A stretch of 64,000 nt of DNA from Spirochaetia bacterium. GTDB lineage: Bacteria; Spirochaetota; Spirochaetia; UBA9216. Numbering within the stretch: the first letter of the stretch is position 1; every line of letters starts with the position of its first letter. The position numbers were made by a program, and so were the translations under genes. The notes beneath the pieces were generated by a model. That model did not search any database, had not been told where the DNA came from, and saw only the letters and a program-made list of their open reading frames with translations. This document shows positions 17,129 through 25,949 of this stretch, one piece after another. The stretch covers positions 4,288,001-4,352,000 of the forward strand of contig OY776510.1 of the NCBI GenBank assembly GCA_963675665.1, written 5' to 3'.

Positions 17129-18158
17129 AATTTTCTCCTGATGTTTCGATTTTATCGAGAATTTCGCCCTTTCTGAGCTTTTTACGATATGACAGAAGGG
17201 TTTTATCCATCTCTTCAAGTGTAGTTAAAATCTCTCTTTCTTTATCTGTTGTTTTAATGATTTTATGGATACCGCCGTTTTTTATAACAATTCGCTTGTC
17301 GCCCATTAAGGCAAGAATGGGATCATGTGTTGCCATGAGAACAACCTTGTCCTCGGCAATCAGAAGATCAAGAGCCTGTTTACGGTCAATTCCTGCATTT
17401 TCAATTTCATCAATCAATATAATCGGCGATTTGCTCAGGATTGCAGTATCAGCGATCATCAGCGCCCGCGACTGGCCTCCGCTAAGGCTTGTAATCGGCG
17501 TATCCGGAGAGAATCTTTCTCCGGCAAGCAAATTAGCGTTTTCTATTATCCTTCCGATCACTTCGCTCCTGTTTGACACAAGACGGCTCTCGGCATGAAG
17601 CTCAACAAATTCGTACACAGACAAATCCATCACAAAGTTCATGTTCTGGGAAATCTGGGCAACAAGTTTATCTGATGTTGAAAACCGCCACTTGTTATCA
17701 GGTTTGTCATTATTGATCAGAATACTGCGCGATGTCGGCGTATCGTTCTGGGCTACCCATTCTATATCTCCAAGCAGCCTGCTTTTACCCGAGCCGGTAG
17801 GACCTACAATACAGATAATTTCACCCTGTCTTATTTCAAACCTATCAAAATTCTCCTTATTACCGGATTTGTCGGTCCCGGGAAGAATTGTAACAGATTG
17901 AACAACATCTTCATGATTTCCAAGAAACACATTCATTTGATTGACATATTCAGCTATCTGCCTGAAATGAAGTTCAATATCTATAGCATTATCTTCAATT
18001 TCATTTTCATCAAAAGCTGCAAAATATTCTTCGAGAGTAAGATGATCCTTGTTTCTGATGTCCAGGTTGTTATCATTAAAATAAGTTAAAATGAAAGGGT
18101 AATCCGCCAGCAGTTTCTCAATCTTTCCGAAACGCACATCCTGGTTACTTAATCTCAT
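17121..18158 (-). CDS. ABC-type ATPase with N-terminal DUF1858-like region (no adjacent permease)
   Basis: GPTGSGKS, LSGGQ, LIDEIEN, ATHD. Confidence 0.85.
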   Translation of the reverse strand: MRLSNQDVRFGKIEKLLADYPFILTYFNDNNLDIRNKDHLTLEEYFAAFDENEIEDNAIDIELHFRQIAEYVNQMNVFLGNHEDVVQSVTILPGTDKSGNKENFDRFEIRQGEIICIVGPTGSGKSRLLGDIEWVAQNDTPTSRSILINNDKPDNKWRFSTSDKLVAQISQNMNFVMDLSVYEFVELHAESRLVSNRSEVIGRIIENANLLAGERFSPDTPITSLSGGQSRALMIADTAILSKSPIILIDEIENAGIDRKQALDLLIAEDKVVLMATHDPILALMGDKRIVIKNGGIHKIIKTTDKEREILTTLEEMDKTLLSYRKKLRKGEILDKIETSGENYA

Positions 18159-18167
18159 AATAATCCC

Positions 18168-18860
18168 CTATTCATCCATCTTTATTTTACGGATATTACC
18201 GGCCTGATAATCTTCACCTATTCTGGTTTCACCCAGGCAATAGGAACAAAGGGCCGACGGCATTGGAAATCTCAGCTCTTTTCCGGTGAGCGTTTTCAAG
18301 TCTTCTTTTTCATCATAGAGAAGAGTTGAAAGTTCAAAACTGCCCTGTCCTGTCAGCCCGTTTATGTTCATAATCGTTGCGCCCGGGTTTACCGTATTTA
18401 CACGGGAAGCAAAAACCTCCCGCTCGGCCTGTGAAACAATATCGCCTTTTGTGATAACGACTATATCAGCAGATTTAAGCATTGGACCGATTTTCTTGGG
18501 GGTGTTTATTCCGCTCAGATTATCAATTATACAAACTGCCATAATTCCTTTTATGTAGGGAGAACAGCGGTTGCATAAACCCGCTGATTCGCTGATTAAA
18601 ATATCGAATTTATTCTCCACTCCCCATTTGGTAACTTCCTCGATATTGCTGATAAAATAATGATCCGGGCATAATGCGCCGGAAAGCCCTTTCTTAACAG
18701 GTATTCCGGCTTTTTCATACAGAATGTCGTCATCCGTATAGAGACAATCGAATTTGGCAACTGCCGTTTTCAAACCTCTTTTGTTCAGAGATTCGATGGT
18801 TTTAAGAATAACAGAAGTCTTTCCTGATGAGGGCGGACCCGAAATTGTAATCAGATTCAT
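18168..18860 (-). CDS. HypB/UreG/CobW-like G3E GTPase
   Basis: GPPSSGKT, LCPDH, ESAGLCNRCSP, TKGD, C-terminal CSYC. Confidence 0.85.
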   Translation of the reverse strand: MNLITISGPPSSGKTSVILKTIESLNKRGLKTAVAKFDCLYTDDDILYEKAGIPVKKGLSGALCPDHYFISNIEEVTKWGVENKFDILISESAGLCNRCSPYIKGIMAVCIIDNLSGINTPKKIGPMLKSADIVVITKGDIVSQAEREVFASRVNTVNPGATIMNINGLTGQGSFELSTLLYDEKEDLKTLTGKELRFPMPSALCSYCLGETRIGEDYQAGNIRKIKMDE

Positions 18861-18863
18861 TGG

Positions 18864-20099
18864 TTAAACCCCAGCCATTACAGATTTGTTAAAAACAGAC
18901 TCACAATGTTTTATCAAAGCGCTTATATCGTTACTGTAGATGTAATCCCATCCAAGCCACATAAACCCGTTTTCATCAGGAAGCCTGTTATCAATTGCCG
19001 GGTTTGTACTAGGGAAAAGCCCGTTATGAGAAAGGATACGACCGACTTCCTCCGATGCAAAGAAATCAATTACCGGCTGAAGTTTCCTGCTTTTTTCTTT
19101 TTTAGACAGCATAAAGATCGGACTGATAATTGCACCGTCTTTTGGCCATACAGCTTTCATGGGCCCGCCGTCTTTCACCATCTTTGTAAAGAAATTAGGC
19201 ATTATCGTAACAATCGGACGGTTCTCTTTCTTTCGATCGCTCCTGACCATCTGGGACGGATGAAGTGATTCCAGCAGGTTGCGCCCCAGTTTTGCAACAC
19301 CTTCATCTCCGTACATTTTATGAATATTCAGAAGGATACCGTTGAATAAATCAAAATCGCCGACAGGAAGAGAAACCCTGTTATTAAAAACCGGATCCAG
19401 AATATCTTCCCAGCTTTGAGGAACAGGCAAATCGCCCAGTTCCTTCATATTTACCAGAAAGACAGCCGGCACAACTCCGATTACGGAATAATGTTTTTCG
19501 GGATCCTTCAATCCGCCATCTTTGAACGACGAGTTGATTCCGGTAAATTTGACAGTATCCGCAAACACTCCCTGTTTTTTAAAACGGCCTATCAGATTTT
19601 TATCAAAAAACATATCAAATCCGGCTGATATAAAAAGATCCGGCAGCTCTGTGGCGTCATTTATCCCTTTTATATTATCTTCAACCCAGGAAAGACCCAT
19701 GGAAGCAGCTTTCAGTTCATGTTCTATAGTTACATCATTTTCCAGGGAATAAGATTTTATAAATCTGTTGAAACCTTCCAGCAGAGGAATACGAACCGGG
19801 CAAGGCAGCAGCCCGACGACCTTCAGGGCTTCTGCTCCTGCTGCTTTTTTATTGGCGGAAAGTGTTTCATCAACAGAATTATTCCCGGATTCGATTGCTG
19901 CAATTAAAAGTCCGGCAAAGCTGTCGTAATCCAGTTGTTTCAGTATTAAAGAGGTCCTGAGTGAAATTGTCTTTCCGAATTCTTCCCGCTTTTTTTCATC
20001 TCCCATATGGTTGAATCCATTGGAAGTAAATACAGGAATGGTTTCAGGGTATTTTTCGGCAATCTCAAAAAGTGTGCTGTCTTTTTCAAAATAATTCAT
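18864..20099 (-). CDS. DUF1858-like domain fused to a substrate-binding-protein fold, no signal peptide
   Basis: N-terminal TLFEIAEKYPETIPVF; LLPCPVRIP; PQSWEDILDP and WPKDGA typical of PotD/AfuA-like SBP folds. Confidence 0.75.
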   Translation of the reverse strand: MNYFEKDSTLFEIAEKYPETIPVFTSNGFNHMGDEKKREEFGKTISLRTSLILKQLDYDSFAGLLIAAIESGNNSVDETLSANKKAAGAEALKVVGLLPCPVRIPLLEGFNRFIKSYSLENDVTIEHELKAASMGLSWVEDNIKGINDATELPDLFISAGFDMFFDKNLIGRFKKQGVFADTVKFTGINSSFKDGGLKDPEKHYSVIGVVPAVFLVNMKELGDLPVPQSWEDILDPVFNNRVSLPVGDFDLFNGILLNIHKMYGDEGVAKLGRNLLESLHPSQMVRSDRKKENRPIVTIMPNFFTKMVKDGGPMKAVWPKDGAIISPIFMLSKKEKSRKLQPVIDFFASEEVGRILSHNGLFPSTNPAIDNRLPDENGFMWLGWDYIYSNDISALIKHCESVFNKSVMAGV

Positions 20100-20117
20100 T
20101 AAGAACTCCGAAAATTG

Positions 20118-20459
20118 TTAATCAAGTATCTTTGTCTGCGAAACCGGTTTGGGAAGCTTCATAACAAGCACCCTTACATCTTCATCTGTTTCATTATAAA
20201 TACAGTGAACAATATCTTTGGGACTTTCTATTACATCATCTTTTTTGACTGTCAGTTTTTCATCGCCGACAAGTATGGCAGGAGTTCCTTCCAGCACATA
20301 AAAAGCGACATCGACCGGTGTAATGTGCGGTTTCAAACCTTCGCCGGCTTTTAATAACAGATGCATTATCAGGGCATGCTCTTTATCATATATTTTTGTA
20401 GATGAAACCCCATGAGGGTTCCCGGAAATCTCTTTGTCTGCATAATTGGTTATATTCAC
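20118..20459 (-). CDS. Cupin domain protein
   Basis: PHITPVD..YVLEG..PKDIVH. Confidence 0.85.
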   Translation of the reverse strand: MNITNYADKEISGNPHGVSSTKIYDKEHALIMHLLLKAGEGLKPHITPVDVAFYVLEGTPAILVGDEKLTVKKDDVIESPKDIVHCIYNETDEDVRVLVMKLPKPVSQTKILD

Positions 20460-20495
20460 CTGATTCTCCTTTGCATGTGTCTATTACCTGTATTT

Positions 20496-20894
20496 TTATC
20501 TGAAATCAGATAATTTGATCTTTTTGAACGTATTATATGTATCATTGGAAATTCTGTTTAATTCATTACTGAAAATACATTTTTCAAAAGCACAATGCGG
20601 TTTATTCAGAGGGCAGCTACTTAACTCTGCCTTTCCCTCCATTATTTCATATATGTCCAGAAACGAGATATTCTCAGCCGTCCTGCCAAGTCCGACACCG
20701 CCTGCCGGTCCCCTGACTGAATTAACAAGGCCGGCTCTGCTGAGCTTCTGAAATACTTTTGCAAGATGCGCCTGTGATGCATTAAGCTCTTCAGCAAGGG
20801 TTTTTACAGTCATGAGTTCCGGGTTGTTCGATGCTATTAAAACCATGCTGTGTAATGCCAGAGAAACACCCTCAGATATATTTACAAGATTCAT
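20496..20894 (-). CDS. Rrf2-family transcriptional regulator (3 Cys, probable Fe-S)
   Basis: HLAKVFQKLSRAGLVNSVRGPAGG; CPLNKPHCAFEKC. Confidence 0.92.
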   Translation of the reverse strand: MNLVNISEGVSLALHSMVLIASNNPELMTVKTLAEELNASQAHLAKVFQKLSRAGLVNSVRGPAGGVGLGRTAENISFLDIYEIMEGKAELSSCPLNKPHCAFEKCIFSNELNRISNDTYNTFKKIKLSDFR

Positions 20895-20903
20895 ATTCTC
20901 TCC

Positions 20904-20949
20904 ATAGGTATTATGGTACCATAATACCTATTTATTAAAATACTGTCAA
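20904..20949 (-). promoter_or_regulatory. sigma70 promoter overlapped by a perfect 28-bp palindrome (probable Rrf2 operator)
   Basis: TTGACA-N17-TATTAT; ATAGGTATTATGGT|ACCATAATACCTAT at 20904-20931. Confidence 0.8.
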
Positions 20950-20993
20950 TTCTTTCTTAACCAAAAACTATAGTTTTAGAAGTGCCCTTAATT

Positions 20994-21386
20994 TTATTCT
21001 TTTAAGCTTATATGACCACGGCCTTCACCTTTAAGCCATTCACCTTCTATTACTTGTAAATTCTCACGTATTGTTCTGACTGCAGTCTCTATCGGGATAT
21101 CATCAACCAGCACGCAAACAAATTTCTTGCGAATACGCTTGATATTCGGTCCGAAAGCAAAGGATACTGCCGTGTTAACATTTTCTTTAACAAGTATTTC
21201 CGCAATTCCCCTTGCCTTATCAGGATCGGCATGTGTTCTTTCTTCTTCTGTTGAATTTGCTATTTTATTAATTAATCGGTAATTATCCTCAGTTATCTCG
21301 CAGATTAAAAAATACTCTGCATCTCCAAAATGCCTCTTAATAAAACTTTTTCCATCATCTGTTGCAAAAGCAGCTTTTATTATCAT
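20994..21386 (-). CDS. NifB/NifX-family (FeMo-cofactor-binding-like) protein
   Basis: AFATDDG, HFGDA, FGPN. Confidence 0.8.
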   Translation of the reverse strand: MIIKAAFATDDGKSFIKRHFGDAEYFLICEITEDNYRLINKIANSTEEERTHADPDKARGIAEILVKENVNTAVSFAFGPNIKRIRKKFVCVLVDDIPIETAVRTIRENLQVIEGEWLKGEGRGHISLKE

Positions 21387-21548
21387 TTTACACTCCTTCG
21401 TCCCGGAACATATTTATTTTAGAGTTCGTGTAACAAATATAATGAGCATATGTGCATAAGTCAATATTGCATGATTACCATTCCCGAATAAAATAACTAT
21501 ACTCGGGAATTGTTTATTTAAATTCTGCTTATGTGCTAAAATTAGCAG

Positions 21549-22160
21549 GTGGATATACAGAATACTGTTTTTAATGAACTGTTCAGACAGGGAAGGCAAA
21601 TAGAACTTGCCAGGGGTGATGTACTGCACGATGTGCATGATGAATGCAAAGCACTGGGGAAAATTATCAAAGGCAAACTCAGACTTTCACGAATTTTGTC
21701 ATCCGGACGGGAAATAACTTTCAAGGAATTCATACCCGGCGAAATTTATGCGGAACTTCTTGTGTTTACCGGTGAGCCTTACCCGGGTTGGCTGATTGCA
21801 TCGGAAAACTCCACTGTTATAGAAGTTGAGTTCAGCCATGTTCTTGAACTCCTGGGCAACAGCGTCGCCTTAATTGAATTCATGTCCGGGGTTTCCAGAA
21901 AAACCAACCACCTGGCGAATAAAATAGAAATACTGTCTTTTAAAACGGTAAAACAAAAAATTGCCTTTTATCTGCTTACCGAAAACAATCCAGTTATTTC
22001 TTCAGTCTCCGGTTTATCCGATAACCTTGCCTGCTCACGCGAGGCCCTTTCCAGGGCTTTAAGTGAAATGGCGGGTAACGGAATAATCACCAGAGACGGC
22101 AAAGATATCCGAATAAAAGATAAAACAGAGCTTGAGAAACTGCTGCTGGGGCCTCTCTGA
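21549..22160 (+). CDS. Crp/Fnr-family regulator, HcpR-like
   Basis: cNMP-binding-like domain (GEIYAE..YP), SFKTVKQKIAFYL, HTH SREALSRALSEM. Confidence 0.85.
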   Translation: MDIQNTVFNELFRQGRQIELARGDVLHDVHDECKALGKIIKGKLRLSRILSSGREITFKEFIPGEIYAELLVFTGEPYPGWLIASENSTVIEVEFSHVLELLGNSVALIEFMSGVSRKTNHLANKIEILSFKTVKQKIAFYLLTENNPVISSVSGLSDNLACSREALSRALSEMAGNGIITRDGKDIRIKDKTELEKLLLGPL

Positions 22161-22346
22161 TAAATTATTTGCCGGTATAATAACTAATGCTGACCGGACA
22201 GACTATGTATTTCTTTTCTCTTTTCAGACATTTGCAAATTCTTCTTCACCGTTTTGTTTTTGCAGAACTACGCAATCAAATAATTTCTTTTCCTTTTTGA
22301 AAACTGCTTCCGCGAATAAACTGCAATTTTTAGAAGTCCCCATAAT

Positions 22347-22382
22347 AAAAATCCGCCGGAATAACGTCTGCTATTCCGGCGG
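22347..22382 (-). terminator. Intrinsic terminator downstream of the DJ-1/PfpI gene
   Basis: CCGCCGGAATA-N8-TATTCCGGCGG followed by ATTTTT on the minus strand. Confidence 0.75.
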
Positions 22383-22476
22383 TAAAACAAAAAGGAGGTT
22401 GACAGTCGTGCTGACGCGCGACTGTTTAAAGTTTCCTACAGAAACTTTAAAAGAAAAAAACCTATAACAACACAAG

Positions 22477-23793
22477 CTACTGGCGCAACAGTCCAATCGT
22501 CATTGCATCAACAAATTCGGGTAATTCGGGTGTTGTTCGGCCTGAGACTATATTGTGATCAACAGTTGCCGACCAGTCGGCACAGAATTCCCCACCCTGG
22601 GCTTCAAATCCCGGAACACATGAAATCCAGCCGGTAGATTTTCGTCCCTCTACTATTCCGGCCGCCGCTACAGCATTCGGACCGTGACACATAAAAGAAA
22701 TAACCTTTCCGGCGTCGTTTGCCTTTCTCAGAAACTCAAGTGGGTATCCGGCTTCTATCATATTCCATGGGCAAAAAGCGCCCGGAATCATAAGTCCGTC
22801 GAAATCATCCATATTCGTATCTTTCAGGTCCTGTATTTTATAAAGGTTATCAGGAATTTCCTGAAGCGGGACGGACATTCCGAAATTACCCTGAACCACA
22901 TCAAGGCCCAATAGCGGCGGACGGGCGCGCTTGCAGCCGGTGAATGTGCCTAAAAGTATATTGGCGCCGCGGTGCATGAATTCCAGCACGGGAACGGCAA
23001 TTTCGAAATCTTCAAAATCCCAGCCGGTTATCAGCATCATCCGCTTGCCTGCCAGAATTCCCTTTCTCGGGTCCTTGTAGCCGGGAGAAAATTGCCTGCA
23101 CAGAGCACTTACAAACTCAGGAGTATCTATCGTATCCTTTGCTGTCAAAATCCGGTCATCCATAACAACCCTGGTATTTAACTTGAAGTTTGATGTCTTT
23201 TTAAGAATATAATCAACCTGCTCATTTCCGGTGCAGTCTTTTCCAATAGTGAGCCCTACGGTCAGCATCGGAATGATGCCCCCTCCTATTCCGCCGATAA
23301 CAGCACCGTTGGAGTATGCATTTTTGAGAAGATCCTGTACTTCTTTTTCGGTGCACATGATATCTCCGGAAGGTCCGCCGGGAATAATTATTGCATCATA
23401 GTCTTTATAATCAGCGTCGTATAATGATTTTGATGAATCCGCCTTCTCTCCTCCTCCTACCGGAATCGGATCAACGGTAAGGCCCCACAGCCCTACTACA
23501 CCTTTTGTACGGATGTTCGGCCGGGTCCATTTCCAGGTTACCCTGTCTACCAGCAGAAACTCCAGCTTGCCTCCGAGCTCTCCGATATATGAAGCTATAT
23601 AATAAGCCTGAAAATCGCTGAATTCAGTAGCCACAACACAGCCGATCTTCTTTCCGGCCAGGGGACCAACATCCTTGGTACATCCGCCTTTCGGCCCGGT
23701 CCACAGGGTAGCGCCGTCTTTTTGCTGTATATCTATCCCTCTTGATTTTATAACTTCTATATAATCTGCAGACGGATCATAATTATTTCCCAT
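22477..23793 (-). CDS. Two-domain DJ-1/PfpI-family protein
   Basis: Domain 1 EFSDFQ..YDAIIIPGG; domain 2 DFEDFE..FDGLMIPGA..MCHGP; GGAGA SD. Confidence 0.85.
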   Translation of the reverse strand: MGNNYDPSADYIEVIKSRGIDIQQKDGATLWTGPKGGCTKDVGPLAGKKIGCVVATEFSDFQAYYIASYIGELGGKLEFLLVDRVTWKWTRPNIRTKGVVGLWGLTVDPIPVGGGEKADSSKSLYDADYKDYDAIIIPGGPSGDIMCTEKEVQDLLKNAYSNGAVIGGIGGGIIPMLTVGLTIGKDCTGNEQVDYILKKTSNFKLNTRVVMDDRILTAKDTIDTPEFVSALCRQFSPGYKDPRKGILAGKRMMLITGWDFEDFEIAVPVLEFMHRGANILLGTFTGCKRARPPLLGLDVVQGNFGMSVPLQEIPDNLYKIQDLKDTNMDDFDGLMIPGAFCPWNMIEAGYPLEFLRKANDAGKVISFMCHGPNAVAAAGIVEGRKSTGWISCVPGFEAQGGEFCADWSATVDHNIVSGRTTPELPEFVDAMTIGLLRQ

Positions 23794-23828
23794 CAAATCT
23801 TCTCCTTTGATTATCTTATAAAATAAAG

Positions 23829-23844
23829 CGCAATTATCATGCCA
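23829..23844 (-). promoter_or_regulatory. sigma54 (-24/-12) promoter of the DJ-1/PfpI gene
   Basis: TGGCATGATAATTGCG = GG-N10-GC, about 35 nt upstream of the ATG. Confidence 0.85.
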
Positions 23845-24119
23845 TTGAAAATGGATTTACAAATTTTTATAAACATGTAAAAAACAGGATACTCTAAAAA
23901 ACTGAAGCTTTCAGAGATTTATCCCGGATTTACAGAACGCTTATTTATTTCCTGATAAAGAAATAAATAAATTCCAGGGCATCTCTGACAACCCCGATTC
24001 AGGGATATCAGATATACGCGAATTATAATCATCTAAAATTTTAATATTATTTGATACACGGCAGGAGTTCCGGTTTTGTTCATTTTTTTTACATTCACGC
24101 ATTATTCTGTGTAAAAAAT

Positions 24120-25949
24120 CTACACAGGGACAGGATGCTCTTCATTTTGCGGCAGCATAATTATAAAGCGGCATCCGCCTTCAGACCTGTTCTCAACATT
24201 AATAGTCCCGCCGCTTTTGGTTATTATCGAATAGCACAATGAAAGCCCCAATCCTAGATTTCGGGAATCGGTGCTCTTTGTTGAAAAAAACGGGGTAAAA
24301 ACAGAATCCATCTTGTCAGCAGGCAACCCGGGACCATCATCCTCAATTGCAATTAATACCGAGCTTTTCCCGTCCTTTACGTTTGTCGAGGTAATAATTC
24401 TGACTTCACCGCCGTCGCCTGTTGCTTCACAGGCATTTTTAATGATATTTATTAACACCTGCCTCAGTTCATTTTTATTCATCTTCACAATAAGCGGATC
24501 TTCAAGTTTTTCAACACAAAAATTAATCTTTCCGTAAATATTATTTTTCCGGATCAGTTTAATATAGCTTTCCACCAGGCTGTTAACGTCTATTTCTCCG
24601 GCATTAATCATATTGGAATCGGAAAAGGTTACCAGGCGGGATACAATCTGTGAAATAAAATCAAGCTCTTCCTTTACATCGGCAAGAGGATCAACAAGAC
24701 TTTCATCATCGACCCGGGTACGAATATAGCGAATATAATTCATTACAATCTCAAGGGAATTATTAATCTCATGCCCCACCCCGGCGGCCAGCAAGCCTAT
24801 TGAAGAAAGATTTTCCGCCAGCATCATTTTCTTCTGCAGAGTATAATAATCCGTAACGTCCTCAATAATAATGATATGACCGACAATTGCAATTCCGTCA
24901 TATATGGGCACTATTTTCATTGTGTTCATTGAATGGTGCTCACCGATAGTAATAGGTACATCAAAAAATGAATGGCTCTCCTTTGATTCAAGGGAAGCCA
25001 TAATTAATTTATAAACTTCATTTTTCTGTTCGGCGAAAATAAAACTGATGTTCTTATACAGGTAATTCTCCCTGACTATTTCAAAATGACGTTCGAATGA
25101 TCGGTTTGCCATTATAATTTTATGACCCGGATCTATTACTGCAAGATTAATCGGAAGGGTATTTAGAATAGCCTCATTAAAACGCAGGAAATGATAAAAC
25201 TCTGACTGGAGTTCGGAAAGCTTTACCTTTTCCACAGTTTCAGTGTATGCAAGCCTGATCATGTTAACCTTGTCGATACCGTCAACCGGTCCGGAAAAAA
25301 GGACTTTCCCGTTACGCAGAATACTGACTTTATCTGCAAAATCATAAAGTTTTTCTATATCATGGGTTATAAAAACAATTGCTGTTCCCTTTCTTTTTAG
25401 CCTGTGAAAAACACCGGTAAAAATCCTTGAGAATTCCGAGCCCAGTTTAATAAAAATTTCATCGAGTACCAGAATATCCGGAGTCTTTTCAATCTGCCGG
25501 ATAAGTTCAACAGCTGTATACTCGGAAGATTTAAGCTCTTTAAGCTTCCGGTTTAAATCAATTCTGATACCGTACTTTTCCAATAATTTTTCAGCCTGTT
25601 TATAGACCCTTCCCCGCGGCAGGAAAAAACCTTTATATGCGATATCGTTATCGAATAACAGATATTCCCATACCAGAAAATTATCATTGGCGACACGATC
25701 CTGATGAACCATACAGGCTTTAATTTGCCCTTTTTTTACAATATGTCCTGATGAAGGCTTCAATACTTCGCTGATAATCTTGCCGAGCGTGGATTTACCG
25801 CAACCGTTCTCACCCAGAACCGCATGAATTTCACCGCGACGGACTATAAAAGTAAGATTTGACAGAACGTCGTTATAGTTGGTGCTGAAACTGATATTCT
25901 CAAGCCTCAGGATTTCATTTGCGGATCCGTCAGCCTTCGCTGATTCCAT
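24120..25949 (-). CDS. Cytoplasmic histidine kinase with N-terminal ABC-ATPase domain (ABC-PAS-HisKA-HATPase)
   Basis: GEIHAVLGENGCGKSTL, ILVLDE, FITHD, ADKVSILRNG; PAS-like ILNTLPINLAVID..MANRSF; H-box GVGHEINNSL; N box QVLINIIKNA; DDGPG, PFFSTK, GLGLSL; no TM segment. Confidence 0.88.
   Translation of the reverse strand: MESAKADGSANEILRLENISFSTNYNDVLSNLTFIVRRGEIHAVLGENGCGKSTLGKIISEVLKPSSGHIVKKGQIKACMVHQDRVANDNFLVWEYLLFDNDIAYKGFFLPRGRVYKQAEKLLEKYGIRIDLNRKLKELKSSEYTAVELIRQIEKTPDILVLDEIFIKLGSEFSRIFTGVFHRLKRKGTAIVFITHDIEKLYDFADKVSILRNGKVLFSGPVDGIDKVNMIRLAYTETVEKVKLSELQSEFYHFLRFNEAILNTLPINLAVIDPGHKIIMANRSFERHFEIVRENYLYKNISFIFAEQKNEVYKLIMASLESKESHSFFDVPITIGEHHSMNTMKIVPIYDGIAIVGHIIIIEDVTDYYTLQKKMMLAENLSSIGLLAAGVGHEINNSLEIVMNYIRYIRTRVDDESLVDPLADVKEELDFISQIVSRLVTFSDSNMINAGEIDVNSLVESYIKLIRKNNIYGKINFCVEKLEDPLIVKMNKNELRQVLINIIKNACEATGDGGEVRIITSTNVKDGKSSVLIAIEDDGPGLPADKMDSVFTPFFSTKSTDSRNLGLGLSLCYSIITKSGGTINVENRSEGGCRFIIMLPQNEEHPVPV

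Noticed and set aside
21425-21450. HcpR/Crp-type site at TGTAAC
   Set aside because: Only a half-site; there is no matching inverted half at the expected spacing.
22132-22467. 111-aa plus-strand ORF, and a 39-codon minus-strand ORF starting at 22343
   Set aside because: No RBS or recognisable domain, and the longer one runs through a terminator hairpin. A gene remnant cannot be excluded but is unsupported.
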